Assembly (NCBI GenBank): GCA_023266895.1
Contig: JAHFOI010000013.1
Coordinates: 1 to 28,657, forward strand
DNA from: Candidatus Woesearchaeota archaeon
Lineage (GTDB): Archaea > Nanobdellota > Nanobdellia > Woesearchaeales > ARS49
DNA length: 28,657 nucleotides
Reading direction: 5' to 3'
This document shows positions 17,323 through 25,150 of the stretch, piece by piece. Made by a program: the position numbers and the translations under genes. Under the pieces are notes generated by a model. The model saw only the letters and a list, made by a program, of their open reading frames with translations, was not told where the DNA came from and ran no database searches. Every line of letters starts with the position of its first letter. The stretch's first letter is position 1.

Positions 17323-19863
17323 ATGACGTTTCGTGTACCCCTAAATATTTCGCAATGTAATGCACAAGTGAGCAAAATATTGCTTATTGGTGTAATGTTT
17401 TTGTTAGTTGTGGGTTTTCCGCTTTTTATTGTGGTTCATGCAGTTGATACTGGTCAGGCCAATGCTTTGCAAAAGAGTGATGGTTCTCTTGTTGAATACA
17501 AAATTACGCTTACCAATACCGGAAAAGGCACTGCATTTCAGGTGCAACTCCATCAAGAGTATCCAAAAGGTGCGGTGTTTGTGGATAGTTCTGTTGCGCC
17601 TATAAAAGGTACTACTTTTTTTTCATTAGGCGATATTACTCCGGGAAGTTCAGCAGTATTGCGTATTTCTGTTGCATCAGACTCCTTGGTTTCAAAGAAT
17701 TTTGAAGGCGATAATGCAAGCATTTCATACAAGTCTTTTCCTGATAGTCCACCAAAGATTTCTGCAGTGTCTACTTTTTCTGTGAAGCCTATGAATGATG
17801 CTGCTAAAACAAATGAAGAGAGCACATCAACAAATCAAAAAGACAACAATATCTTACCGCCCAAAATTCCTGAGATTGTGCCAGAATCTGCTGTGCCTGA
17901 CCTGCCAAGAACTGACATCATGCTTGGCAAGGGTGGTGATCCGCTTTCTTTTGAGAGAGTTAAGAACAGGCCTGAGCTCGCATGTGGTGTTTCACGTAAT
18001 GCAGGCATAGTGCGTGTTCTTTCTTCTCCATCAATAATACCTGCCCCTCAAGGGTTTGAGACTATTGTACCGCCGTTTACACTATCCTGCGAAAAAGGGG
18101 AAGTTGATGTAAGCATGAGTGTTCCTTCAGGGTTCACAAGCATACGCACAATGAGAATTTCTGGAGAAAAAAATGCTGAAGTAAAAAATGTAGAGTCTGC
18201 TGACCTTGTTTGCGGTGCTCAATCACTTACAAATTTTACTGCAGAGTCATTACGTCGTAAGGTAATGTACCTTAATGTAACTGAGCTTCCTCCTATTTCT
18301 ACGAAGAGCACAGAGATCACTGCTGAGAAGAATTCCTTAGCGCTCGCAGCACATAAAATCCATGTTCTTGATTCAAAGAGAGATTTTGTTCTTGAAGCAG
18401 GATCTGTTTCGCGGGGTGTACCACTTCCTCAAAATCCTTCATTGAACATTATTGGCGCCCCGTTGCAGGTCTTGATAAAAAATAATTCAGCAATACCTGC
18501 TGGGGAGGGTGTGTCTGTTGAGGTTGATTTTGCATTTGCAGAAAGTCAATTACTGGACAAAAGTTCTCTGGCAGTGTTTCGTTTAAATGGTTCAGTGTGG
18601 GAATATCAGGGTGGTATTGCAAATGATTCAGCTGTTGTTGCAAACGTATCTTTACACATAACACAACCTACAATTCTTGCACTTATGGGCACGTATTGTG
18701 CTGGTTGCGTGCAGTCTGAACTTGTGAAAAAGTTTGATGGAGGTTCGCGTATTGCAGTAGTGTTAGTGCATGGCTTGACCAGTAGAGCATCAAAGTGGCA
18801 GTATTTGCTTGATGAATTTAAGTACACGCATCAGCCCGAGCAGGTTTTTTTTTTTAATTATCCTGTTACGAAAAAAACTGAGGAAAATGCACGCGCGCTG
18901 ATTGATCTTCTTGAAAAAAAACAAGACAGATTTGATGCAGTGTATTTTGTTGGTCATTCGCTTGGTGGTTTTGTTGTTGAATCAGGGTTGAATCAGGCTT
19001 TTATTGCAAACAAGAAAAATCCTGCTGCATATACTTTTTTGGAAAAAGTCCGCAAAGTTCTTATTCTTGGCGCACCTCATGAGGGAAGTCCGTCGGCAGA
19101 AGCATATTTGAATTTATTTTCTTTTTTCGCAAACCAGCAAGATGTTATTCCAGTAGTGAATGCCAATACAGAAGTTGTACGTGAAGTGACTAAAGGCAAA
19201 GTGTTTGCAAAAGTGCCTGGTATTGACTACGTTGTCATGGCGGGCACAAAGCCGTATGAGTTTAATGCAGGTTTGTTTAAGGCAAGTACCAATGAATTGC
19301 TGGCTGAAGAAAATGATGGCATTACCAATGTTTCTGGTGCGAGAAAGATTGGTAGTTCTGAACTACGTGATTTTTGTAGTAATTATTATGAGATTAATGT
19401 AACGCACACACAACTTGATGATGATACCCTTGCGAGAAAAGTAATCACGTATGTTCTCGCAAGTGATATTGCTGCAAAGAAAGTGTTTTCCCAGCCCTTG
19501 CTCGGACTCACAAAGTACGTGCAGATTGCCATACAAAATTGTTCTTCAAGTGATGTGTATATGCTTATTGGCAAATCTGTTGCAAAAGATGCAAGTCCTT
19601 CTGTACTTGGCTGTAATTGTGGCAATAAAGTATGTGGTCTTGATGAAAACGAACTTTCTTGTCCGAGCGATTGTGGCAAAACAAGTGTTTCTGAAGAAGC
19701 AAGACGCATAAAAACTCTGACTGTCGGAATTCTTGTTTTGCTCAGTGTTTGTTTTGGTGTTCTTTCATTTTATGCATGCCGAAACCAAAAATGGATTTTG
19801 CTCGCGTGTTGTGCAATACTTCTTTTGTTCTTTATTGCCATGCTTATATTGATACTAGTATAG
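17323..19863 (+). CDS. Membrane-anchored surface protein with DUF11-like repeat domain and alpha/beta-hydrolase (lipase/PGAP1-like) domain
   Basis: This is an 846-aa ORF. The N-terminal signal or anchor is ILLIGVMFLLVVGFPLFIVV. The DUF11-like segment is YKITLTNTGKGTAFQVQL. The hydrolase core is VVLVHGLTSRASKW...YFVGHSLGGFVV...LGAPHEGS. A Cys-rich module CNCGNKVCGLDENELSCPSDCG follows, and two C-terminal TM helices close the protein. Confidence 0.7.
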   Translation: MTFRVPLNISQCNAQVSKILLIGVMFLLVVGFPLFIVVHAVDTGQANALQKSDGSLVEYKITLTNTGKGTAFQVQLHQEYPKGAVFVDSSVAPIKGTTFFSLGDITPGSSAVLRISVASDSLVSKNFEGDNASISYKSFPDSPPKISAVSTFSVKPMNDAAKTNEESTSTNQKDNNILPPKIPEIVPESAVPDLPRTDIMLGKGGDPLSFERVKNRPELACGVSRNAGIVRVLSSPSIIPAPQGFETIVPPFTLSCEKGEVDVSMSVPSGFTSIRTMRISGEKNAEVKNVESADLVCGAQSLTNFTAESLRRKVMYLNVTELPPISTKSTEITAEKNSLALAAHKIHVLDSKRDFVLEAGSVSRGVPLPQNPSLNIIGAPLQVLIKNNSAIPAGEGVSVEVDFAFAESQLLDKSSLAVFRLNGSVWEYQGGIANDSAVVANVSLHITQPTILALMGTYCAGCVQSELVKKFDGGSRIAVVLVHGLTSRASKWQYLLDEFKYTHQPEQVFFFNYPVTKKTEENARALIDLLEKKQDRFDAVYFVGHSLGGFVVESGLNQAFIANKKNPAAYTFLEKVRKVLILGAPHEGSPSAEAYLNLFSFFANQQDVIPVVNANTEVVREVTKGKVFAKVPGIDYVVMAGTKPYEFNAGLFKASTNELLAEENDGITNVSGARKIGSSELRDFCSNYYEINVTHTQLDDDTLARKVITYVLASDIAAKKVFSQPLLGLTKYVQIAIQNCSSSDVYMLIGKSVAKDASPSVLGCNCGNKVCGLDENELSCPSDCGKTSVSEEARRIKTLTVGILVLLSVCFGVLSFYACRNQKWILLACCAILLLFFIAMLILILV

Positions 19864-19920
19864 GAAAAAAGTAATCCTTCTTTTTTTGTTTAAAACTATG
19901 CTGCTCTTCACCCGTATTCT

Positions 19921-20238
19921 TCACCCGTATTTTTCTGTCACATGTTCTTTTTGCAGCAAGAGTGCGTACAAGAATATTGAGATTATGATGAGCTCAAAGA
20001 ATCCATTGATGTGCAGAGGAATGCTAACCAGGTTTGCTTGTCTGAGTACAGTAATCAATTCTTCTAGAATAAAAATGCATAATGCGAAAAACATAAATTT
20101 CCATGGTGCAACATAAATAGTTCTGAAGACTGGTGGTGTGGTAAAAAGCTTGAAAAATAGGTATACCACTGCAATAACCAATGCTAAGTTATAAACTGGG
20201 GCCACTCGTCCGAGGGCAAGCCAAAATTCTGCAGTCAT
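19921..20238 (-). CDS. Three-TM membrane protein, downstream paralog of a tandem pair
   Basis: The start is taken at MTAEFWLALGRV (ATG 20238). This ATG overlaps the upstream gene's stop as ATGA. The protein shares the motif W(K/R)..(5)..AL..F.LEE.....LR with its neighbour. Confidence 0.55.
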   Translation of the reverse strand: MTAEFWLALGRVAPVYNLALVIAVVYLFFKLFTTPPVFRTIYVAPWKFMFFALCIFILEELITVLRQANLVSIPLHINGFFELIIISIFLYALLLQKEHVTEKYG

Positions 20239-20540
20239 GCAGTCCAGCCTCTGTTGATATTGATTTGCATAGTAAGCGCAATAATGAGTAATGCAAGAAT
20301 AACTGAAGGCAAAACATGTGTTATCCATGGATTTGAATACACTCCAAAGGTGCGTAGTGCACCAAATATTTCCTCAAGTGTAAATAAAAGAAGGGCGATG
20401 AGAAGTGCTCGCCACGCATGGAGATTTTTTTGATTATGACTGACCTTGAGCAGACTGATTGCAATAATTGCTGAAGCTATGCTGAGCAATACTGCACCTA
20501 ATTGTGCGCTGCCATAGATCCAGTCATAGGTGCTAAGCAT
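20235..20540 (-). CDS. Three-TM membrane protein, upstream paralog of a tandem pair
   Basis: This is a 101-aa ORF with three hydrophobic helices and the motif AWRALLIALLLFTLEEIFGALR. Its stop TGA (20237-20235) overlaps the ATG of the next gene. Confidence 0.6.
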   Translation of the reverse strand: MLSTYDWIYGSAQLGAVLLSIASAIIAISLLKVSHNQKNLHAWRALLIALLLFTLEEIFGALRTFGVYSNPWITHVLPSVILALLIIALTMQININRGWTA

Positions 20541-20648
20541 AAAGTTTTTCGCGCAGAGTTAGATATATAAAGATAACGCTTTTATACCGGTTGCTGTTGT
20601 AAAATAGGTACAGTATATCAACAATTAATAAAAAGGAGCTCAACTCTC

Positions 20649-21167
20649 ATGATCCTGTTTGAATTATTGTATTTCATGCTTCCTGCATATGTTGCAAACA
20701 TGATGCCTGTTTTAGTCAAAAAAGTTCCTTTTTTGAACAGCCCTGTTGATGGTAGCCAAAAACTGTTTGGCAAGCCAATATTGGGAAATCATAAGACATG
20801 GCGTGGGATATTGTTTGGCATGTTGGGTGGCATAGGTATGGGGGGATTTCAGTTTTTGATACACATAAATGTGCTTTCAATAAATTATGCTCAGTCATGG
20901 TTTCTCTTGAGTGTGTGTCTTGCAGGAGGTGCATTGCTTGGGGATGCTATTAAGAGTTTTTTTAAGAGACGGTTCAATATTGCTCCAGGCTTATCCTGGA
21001 AGGTGTTTGATCAATTGGATTACGTGAGTGGTGCACTATGCTTGACAGCACCTTTTTTTTGGCCAGGTATTGAAAATGCAATTATTCTTCTTGTGATAAG
21101 CGGAATAGGGCATGTTTTAATTAATCACGTGGGTTTTTGGGTTGGCATAAACAAAAAAAAGTGGTGA
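20649..21167 (+). CDS. carS: CDP-archaeol synthase (CDP-2,3-bis-O-geranylgeranyl-sn-glycerol synthase)
   Basis: The N-terminus is FMLPAYVANMMPVL, followed by PVDGSQKLFGKPILGNHKTWRG and GDAIKSFFKRR, then DQLDY. The protein is about 170 aa and multi-pass. This matches the CarS (DUF46) family pattern. An SD-like AGGAG lies upstream. Confidence 0.85.
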   Translation: MILFELLYFMLPAYVANMMPVLVKKVPFLNSPVDGSQKLFGKPILGNHKTWRGILFGMLGGIGMGGFQFLIHINVLSINYAQSWFLLSVCLAGGALLGDAIKSFFKRRFNIAPGLSWKVFDQLDYVSGALCLTAPFFWPGIENAIILLVISGIGHVLINHVGFWVGINKKKW

Positions 21168-21219
21168 AAAAATATCTTCGTGCCAGCACCCATGCACTGA
21201 GTAGTGTATTCAACGGTCA

Positions 21220-21294
21220 TGACCCTGCTGAGATTCGAACTCAGGACCTCTCGATTATCAGTCGAGCGCTCCAGCCAGGCTGAGCTACAGGGTC
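21220..21294 (-). tRNA. tRNA-Ile (anticodon GAU), 75 nt, no intron
   Basis: I folded the minus-strand sequence GACCCTGTAGCTCAGCCTGGCTGGAGCGCTCGACTGATAATCGAGAGGTCCTGAGTTCGAATCTCAGCAGGGTCA by hand. It forms a full cloverleaf with a 7-bp acceptor stem, anticodon loop CTGATAA and T-loop TTCGAAT. Confidence 0.9.
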
Positions 21295-21319
21295 GTTTTG
21301 TAACCCAACACGAGTACGC

Positions 21320-21327
21320 TTTATAAA
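21320..21327 (-). promoter_or_regulatory. TATA box (TTTATAAA) for tRNA-Ile
   Basis: The palindromic octamer lies 26-33 nt upstream of the mature tRNA 5' end at 21294. Confidence 0.55.
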
Positions 21328-21362
21328 GTTTATTTATGAGAATTAGAGGACGGTCTATGAAT

Positions 21363-21866
21363 TTATGAGATGCAATCAATAGTTCTTGCTGATGCCTGTT
21401 CTACTTCTACAAATATTTTCTTAAGTTGGTTGACAAATTGGAGGAGGAGTGCATCGCCTTGTTTTGCGCCAAGGTTTGCTTGTGTTTTTGTGATTCCTGA
21501 GATCACCTGTTGTGAAATTTGTTGATTTGTTTGTGCTGCTTCTTTGAGCTGGTCATAAGAAGGTGTTTGGGAGGTAAATGATGAAATAAGATTTTGGGAG
21601 AGTTCATGAATTTTTTCAAACTCATTTTCAGCTTCAGAAACGTTTTTATATGATTTAGAAACATCTTTCGCAAGATATGCACTTATGTCTCGCGCATTAT
21701 TTACTGTTTCAGTAATGTCTTCAGTCCAGCAATAAGAAGGTGTTTTTATTGCTTGACCCTCACGCAAACTGCTCATGACAAGAATTGCTGCTGAAATAAT
21801 AACCAAAAGAAGAACCACTGAGAGTGTAAGAAACACACGTGTGTTTTGCGCTTGTTTCTTCTTCAT
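21363..21866 (-). CDS. N-terminally anchored, probably extracellular, helical protein of unknown function
   Basis: This is a 167-aa ORF. After MKKKQAQNTR comes the TM segment VFLTLSVVLLLVIISAAILV. The remainder is polar and helical. Confidence 0.5.
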   Translation of the reverse strand: MKKKQAQNTRVFLTLSVVLLLVIISAAILVMSSLREGQAIKTPSYCWTEDITETVNNARDISAYLAKDVSKSYKNVSEAENEFEKIHELSQNLISSFTSQTPSYDQLKEAAQTNQQISQQVISGITKTQANLGAKQGDALLLQFVNQLKKIFVEVEQASARTIDCIS

Positions 21867-21931
21867 ACATAAGAGTGTTAATTCAGAGTATAATAAGTTT
21901 GCGTTGCGTACGAACTAGTTTTGTGCTTATA

Positions 21932-22024
21932 CGCCCCTGGCCAGACTCGAACTGGCGACCTCGCGGTTTCTTCCGATAATTCAAGCGGTAACAGCCGCGC
22001 GCTCCACCGCTGAGCTACAGGGGC
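21932..22024 (-). tRNA. tRNA-Asn (anticodon GUU) with a 21-nt intron at the canonical 37/38 position
   Basis: The minus strand reads GCCCCTGTAGCTCAGCGGTGGAGCGCGCGGCTGTTA[CCGCTTGAATTATCGGAAGAA]ACCGCGAGGTCGCCAGTTCGAGTCTGGCCAGGGGCG. Removing 21968-21988 restores a 72-nt cloverleaf with anticodon stem CGCGG/CCGCG. Confidence 0.85.
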
Positions 22025-22049
22025 AGCTTGTCTGTTCGTACAGGCGAGG

Positions 22050-22057
22050 TTTATAAA
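22050..22057. promoter_or_regulatory. Palindromic TATA box (TTTATAAA) placed to serve both tRNA-Asn and the divergent dph2 fragment
   Basis: The octamer centre lies about 29 nt from the tRNA-Asn 5' end (22024, minus strand). It lies about 26 nt from ATG 22080 on the plus strand. Confidence 0.5.
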
Positions 22058-22079
22058 CATTGTGTGCTTCTGAATACGT

Positions 22080-22337
22080 ATGTTGCCTGTTGAATTTGAT
22101 TTAGAACTTGATCATGTTGCAAATGAGATTATTAAAATGCAAGCAGTTCGTGTGTGTATTCAATTACCCGATGGCTTAAAACCTCGTGCTGGAGAAATTG
22201 CGGATGTGCTAAAACAGAAAACTGGTGCAATGATTTTGATTTGGTTGGGCAGTTGCTTTGGCGCGTGCGACATTCCTCCTGTTGACAAGTTAGGTATTGA
22301 TTTGCTTGTGCAATGGGGTCATAGTGAGTTCAGGTAG
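22080..22337 (+). pseudogene. dph2: 5' fragment (85 codons) of diphthamide synthase subunit Dph2
   Basis: The translation FDLELDHVANEIIKMQAVRVCIQLPDGLKPRAGEIADVLKQKTGAMILIWLGSCFGACDIPPVDKLGIDLLVQWGHS matches the conserved Dph2 N-terminus. That includes the first cluster-ligand Cys region GACD and the GHS motif. Dph2 is normally about 330-340 aa. The frame ends at TAG 22335-22337 and no continuation appears in any frame. Confidence 0.65.
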
Positions 22338-22394
22338 GAATTAACGAAAAAAAATCCACGATACTGTTTTAAACATGTAGATACGTATCGCGCT

Positions 22395-23936
22395 ATGCCC
22401 TCGCGTTCTTCTCACGCAATTCGCACACCTTCAAAAGTGGCTACGGTAGATGTTATTCTTGACACTTTGCAAAAAAGCAAGCAGGCAATTGTGTTTGTGA
22501 ATACCAAGCGTAGTGCTGAGAAAGAAGCTGAAGAAATCGCGAAACATTTGCCAGTTACTTCAGAGTTATGCTCTCTTGCTGAACATGCCAAAAGTGCATT
22601 GTCAAAGCCTACTGAGCAGTGTATGCGTTTGGCAGGTTGTGTGCAACATGGTGTTGCGTTTCATCATGCTGGCTTGCATAGTTCGCAGCGTTCTCTAATT
22701 GAAGATTCATTTCGCATAGGTAAAGTAAAAGTTATTTGTGCAACTCCTACACTTGCTGCAGGCGTTGATCTTCCTGCATTTCGGGCAGTGATTCGTGATT
22801 TAAAGCGTTTTTCTAGTCAGGGTATGGGTTGGATTCCTGTACTTGAATATTTGCAAATGGCAGGTCGTGCTGGCAGGCCTTCGTATGATTCTTTTGGTGA
22901 AGCAATTATTCTTTGCAACACAGAAAGTGAGTGTGAAGCAGTTCTGGAAAAGTATGTGCGTGGCAGTCCTGAGCCTGTTTTTTCTAAGCTTGCCGTTGAA
23001 CCAGTTTTACGTGCGTATCTTCTTTCATTAACTGCATCAGGAATTATTCATTCTGTTGAGTCTGCACATGTTTTTTTTTCAAAAACTTTTTGGGCACATC
23101 AATATGGTGATCTAACGCGCTTGCAACGCATTCTTGAGCACCAGGTTGATTTGCTTGAAGAATGGGGATTTGTTGTTCAAACGAAGAATAAACTTGTTGC
23201 AACAAAGCTTGGTGAACGTGTTGCACAATTGTATCTTGATCCCTATACTGCGCATGAGTTTGTGGTTGCGATTGCAAAATCATCAAAAACATCCGTAAAA
23301 GTTTCATCGTTTTCATTGCTTCACCTTTTCTGTAACACCTTGGAATTGCGTCCTTTGCTTTCTGTGCGCCAAAAAGAGTGTGAGCTATTGCAAGAACGTC
23401 TTGCCCAGGAATCCTTGCTTCAGCCTGAGCCTGACATGTTTGATGAAGAATATGCTGATTGGCTTAAAGCCACCAAGACTGCCATGATGCTTGAGGCATG
23501 GATGAATGAAAAAGATGATCAGGACTTGCTTGAATTGTTTGATGTGCGTCCTGGTGAGTCTCGGGCAAAGCTTGATCTTGCTGACTGGCTTTGTTATTCT
23601 TTAGTTGAGCTTGCCAAGTTATCAAAAGTATTTGGTGTTGTGAAAGAATTACAAAAAGTGCGTTTGCGTCTTAAGTATGGCGTGCGAGAAGAATTATTGC
23701 CTTTGATTCGCTTGGAAGGTATTGGTAGGGTGCGTGCGAGAAAGCTCTTCAGAAATGGAATCAAAGACCTTGCCGATATTAAGCTAAAAACTTTTGATGT
23801 GTTGCGTGATATTGTTGGTGCGCAAGTGGCAAAGAATCTTAAGAAGCAGGTAGGTGATAACGTGCCTGAGATTGTTGCTGAGAACAAGCGCAGAGGCCAG
23901 CTTGGCTTGATGGGGTTTGATGAATCAACTCCATAA
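22395..23936 (+). CDS. hel308: Hel308/Ski2-like helicase lacking the N-terminal RecA1 domain (RecA2, winged helix, ratchet and HhH domains present)
   Basis: This is a 513-aa ORF. It begins just before motif IV (AIVFVNTKRSAE). It has HHAGL, motif V TPTLAAGVDLPA, motif VI QMAGRAGRPSYD and a C-terminal HhH (LIRLEGIGRVRARKL). Walker A and DEAH (motifs I-III) are absent. A TATA-like TTTTAAAC (22367-22374) lies about 25 nt upstream of the ATG. Confidence 0.8.
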   Translation: MPSRSSHAIRTPSKVATVDVILDTLQKSKQAIVFVNTKRSAEKEAEEIAKHLPVTSELCSLAEHAKSALSKPTEQCMRLAGCVQHGVAFHHAGLHSSQRSLIEDSFRIGKVKVICATPTLAAGVDLPAFRAVIRDLKRFSSQGMGWIPVLEYLQMAGRAGRPSYDSFGEAIILCNTESECEAVLEKYVRGSPEPVFSKLAVEPVLRAYLLSLTASGIIHSVESAHVFFSKTFWAHQYGDLTRLQRILEHQVDLLEEWGFVVQTKNKLVATKLGERVAQLYLDPYTAHEFVVAIAKSSKTSVKVSSFSLLHLFCNTLELRPLLSVRQKECELLQERLAQESLLQPEPDMFDEEYADWLKATKTAMMLEAWMNEKDDQDLLELFDVRPGESRAKLDLADWLCYSLVELAKLSKVFGVVKELQKVRLRLKYGVREELLPLIRLEGIGRVRARKLFRNGIKDLADIKLKTFDVLRDIVGAQVAKNLKKQVGDNVPEIVAENKRRGQLGLMGFDESTP

Positions 23937-24011
23937 ACCTTTATAAACGCAGATTTTCATAGTATTACAAGTTGCCTTGTGAGTGGCAGAGAATGCCAGA
24001 AGTTGTGCAAT

Positions 24012-24107
24012 GCCTCGGTAGTCTAACTTGGACAGGACATAGCCCTGCGGCAAATCAAAAAGATTTGAAGAAAGGCTGTAGTGCGGGTTCAAATCCCGTC
24101 CGAGGCG
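24012..24107 (+). tRNA. tRNA-Arg (anticodon GCG) with a 22-nt intron at position 37/38
   Basis: The sequence is GCCTCGGTAGTCTAACTTGGACAGGACATAGCCCTGCGG[CAAATCAAAAAGATTTGAAGAA]AGGCTGTAGTGCGGGTTCAAATCCCGTCCGAGGCG. Removing 24051-24072 gives a 74-nt cloverleaf. The anticodon stem is TAGCC/GGCTG with one G-U pair, and the T-loop is TTCAAAT. Confidence 0.8.
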
Positions 24108-24113
24108 TTTTTT
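24108..24113 (+). terminator. Oligo-T tract directly after tRNA-Arg
   Basis: TTTTTT begins immediately after the discriminator base. Confidence 0.5.
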
Positions 24114-24224
24114 AGTAACAATGCTGACTTCGTTAAAAGAAAAATGAATCAGTCCGTCCAACCCCAAAAAAAGTCACTCTTAAAAGAAAGATTATAAAAC
24201 CACACTCTTTTCTCAGTAAGACAT

Positions 24225-24683
24225 ATGATAAGTGAAAAATTTAAGCAAGCAATCATGTTCATATCAGAAGTGTTAAGCAATGCAAAAATCAAGTGGGCAG
24301 TAATCGGAAGCACCAATCAAGCTCTGCAAGGAATGGAGATAACTCCAAATGACTTGGATCTTATTGTTTCGTTTGATTATTTGAAGAAGATTCCTGAATT
24401 ATTCAAATCTTTTTCACCCTCTCCTTTCCAAAAATTAGAGACAACAACTGGAATGCCAGCATGGGATGTTAAAATGACTTTAAAGAAAGTAGAAGTGCAA
24501 TTTTTAGGTGAGCGTAAAGAAGGGTTATATGTTAAGCCATTATTATCAAAAAAAGTTACTCATGTCACGGTTAATGGTCTCTCAATTCCATGTTTAGCAT
24601 TGGATTCAGAAGCTAACGCATATGCCAAAACAAATAGAGAAAAGAAAGCAAAAGCTATACTGGATTTCCTGGCAAAACAATAA
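24225..24683 (+). CDS. Minimal nucleotidyltransferase-fold protein (pol-beta superfamily)
   Basis: This is a 152-aa ORF. The motif WAVIGSTNQALQGMEITPNDLDLIV fits the hG[GS]x(9-13)D-h-D-h nucleotidyltransferase signature. A TATA-like GATTATAAAACC lies about 28 nt upstream. Confidence 0.55.
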   Translation: MISEKFKQAIMFISEVLSNAKIKWAVIGSTNQALQGMEITPNDLDLIVSFDYLKKIPELFKSFSPSPFQKLETTTGMPAWDVKMTLKKVEVQFLGERKEGLYVKPLLSKKVTHVTVNGLSIPCLALDSEANAYAKTNREKKAKAILDFLAKQ

Positions 24684-24734
24684 GATAACTTGGTTTTATT
24701 TGTTGAATTTTCCGTCAGCCCGATAAAAAAGGAT

Positions 24735-25076
24735 TTATTTCTTAGAAATTGTTGGGGTACGTTCAACTTTTGCATTTTCAAGATAATCAGTAATGTCTTT
24801 TGAGAGTTTTGTAAAGCGTTGAATAACTTCTGAAATTTCTTTATTTTTCATGCCTAAGTCAATCAACAAAGTCATATTAGTTCTGTATGATTGTAGTTCT
24901 TTGAATTGTTCCGGAGTGATAATTGGTTTTCGCCACCAAAAAAACAAAAAACAGCCAGGTTTTGTTGAGTATTCCAAATTCTCAAAAAATTGAGAAGCTG
25001 CTTGATATTTCATGCGTGCATCTGAAGAAGAATAACTTGTTAATTCAGACTGAGAATTATCTGCTGGGAATAACAT
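24735..25076 (-). CDS. Hypothetical protein
   Basis: This is a 113-aa ORF with no recognisable motif. It is convergent with the nucleotidyltransferase gene. No HEPN-type Rx4-6H motif was seen. Confidence 0.35.
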   Translation of the reverse strand: MLFPADNSQSELTSYSSSDARMKYQAASQFFENLEYSTKPGCFLFFWWRKPIITPEQFKELQSYRTNMTLLIDLGMKNKEISEVIQRFTKLSKDITDYLENAKVERTPTISKK

Positions 25077-25150
25077 GGCATAGACTTTGAGTGTTGAGCC
25101 TTTAAAAGGATTGTTCTCTGAAAAGAATGACTAAATTGACATTTAAAAAA

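Noticed and set aside
19921-20328. The 135-aa version of the downstream membrane ORF, or a frameshift joining it to the upstream ORF
   Set aside because: The first 30 codons overlap the upstream gene in another frame. The internal ATG at 20238 gives a clean ATGA stop/start junction and a paralog-length protein, so two coupled genes is the simpler reading.
21125-21379. 84-aa minus-strand ORF
   Set aside because: It is entirely explained by tRNA-Ile (21220-21294) and its flanks.
21878-22060. 60-aa minus-strand ORF
   Set aside because: It overlaps the intron-containing tRNA-Asn.
22335-22337. In-frame TAG between the dph2 fragment and hel308, considered as a recoded or read-through codon giving a fusion protein
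   Set aside because: TAG terminates other well-defined genes in the window (gap at 7327-7329, rnhB at 5138-5140). A Dph2-Hel308 fusion makes no domain sense. The helicase has its own correctly spaced TATA-like box. Sharing a frame has a one-in-three chance.
23925-24167. 80-aa minus-strand ORF
   Set aside because: It lies antisense across tRNA-Arg and its leader.
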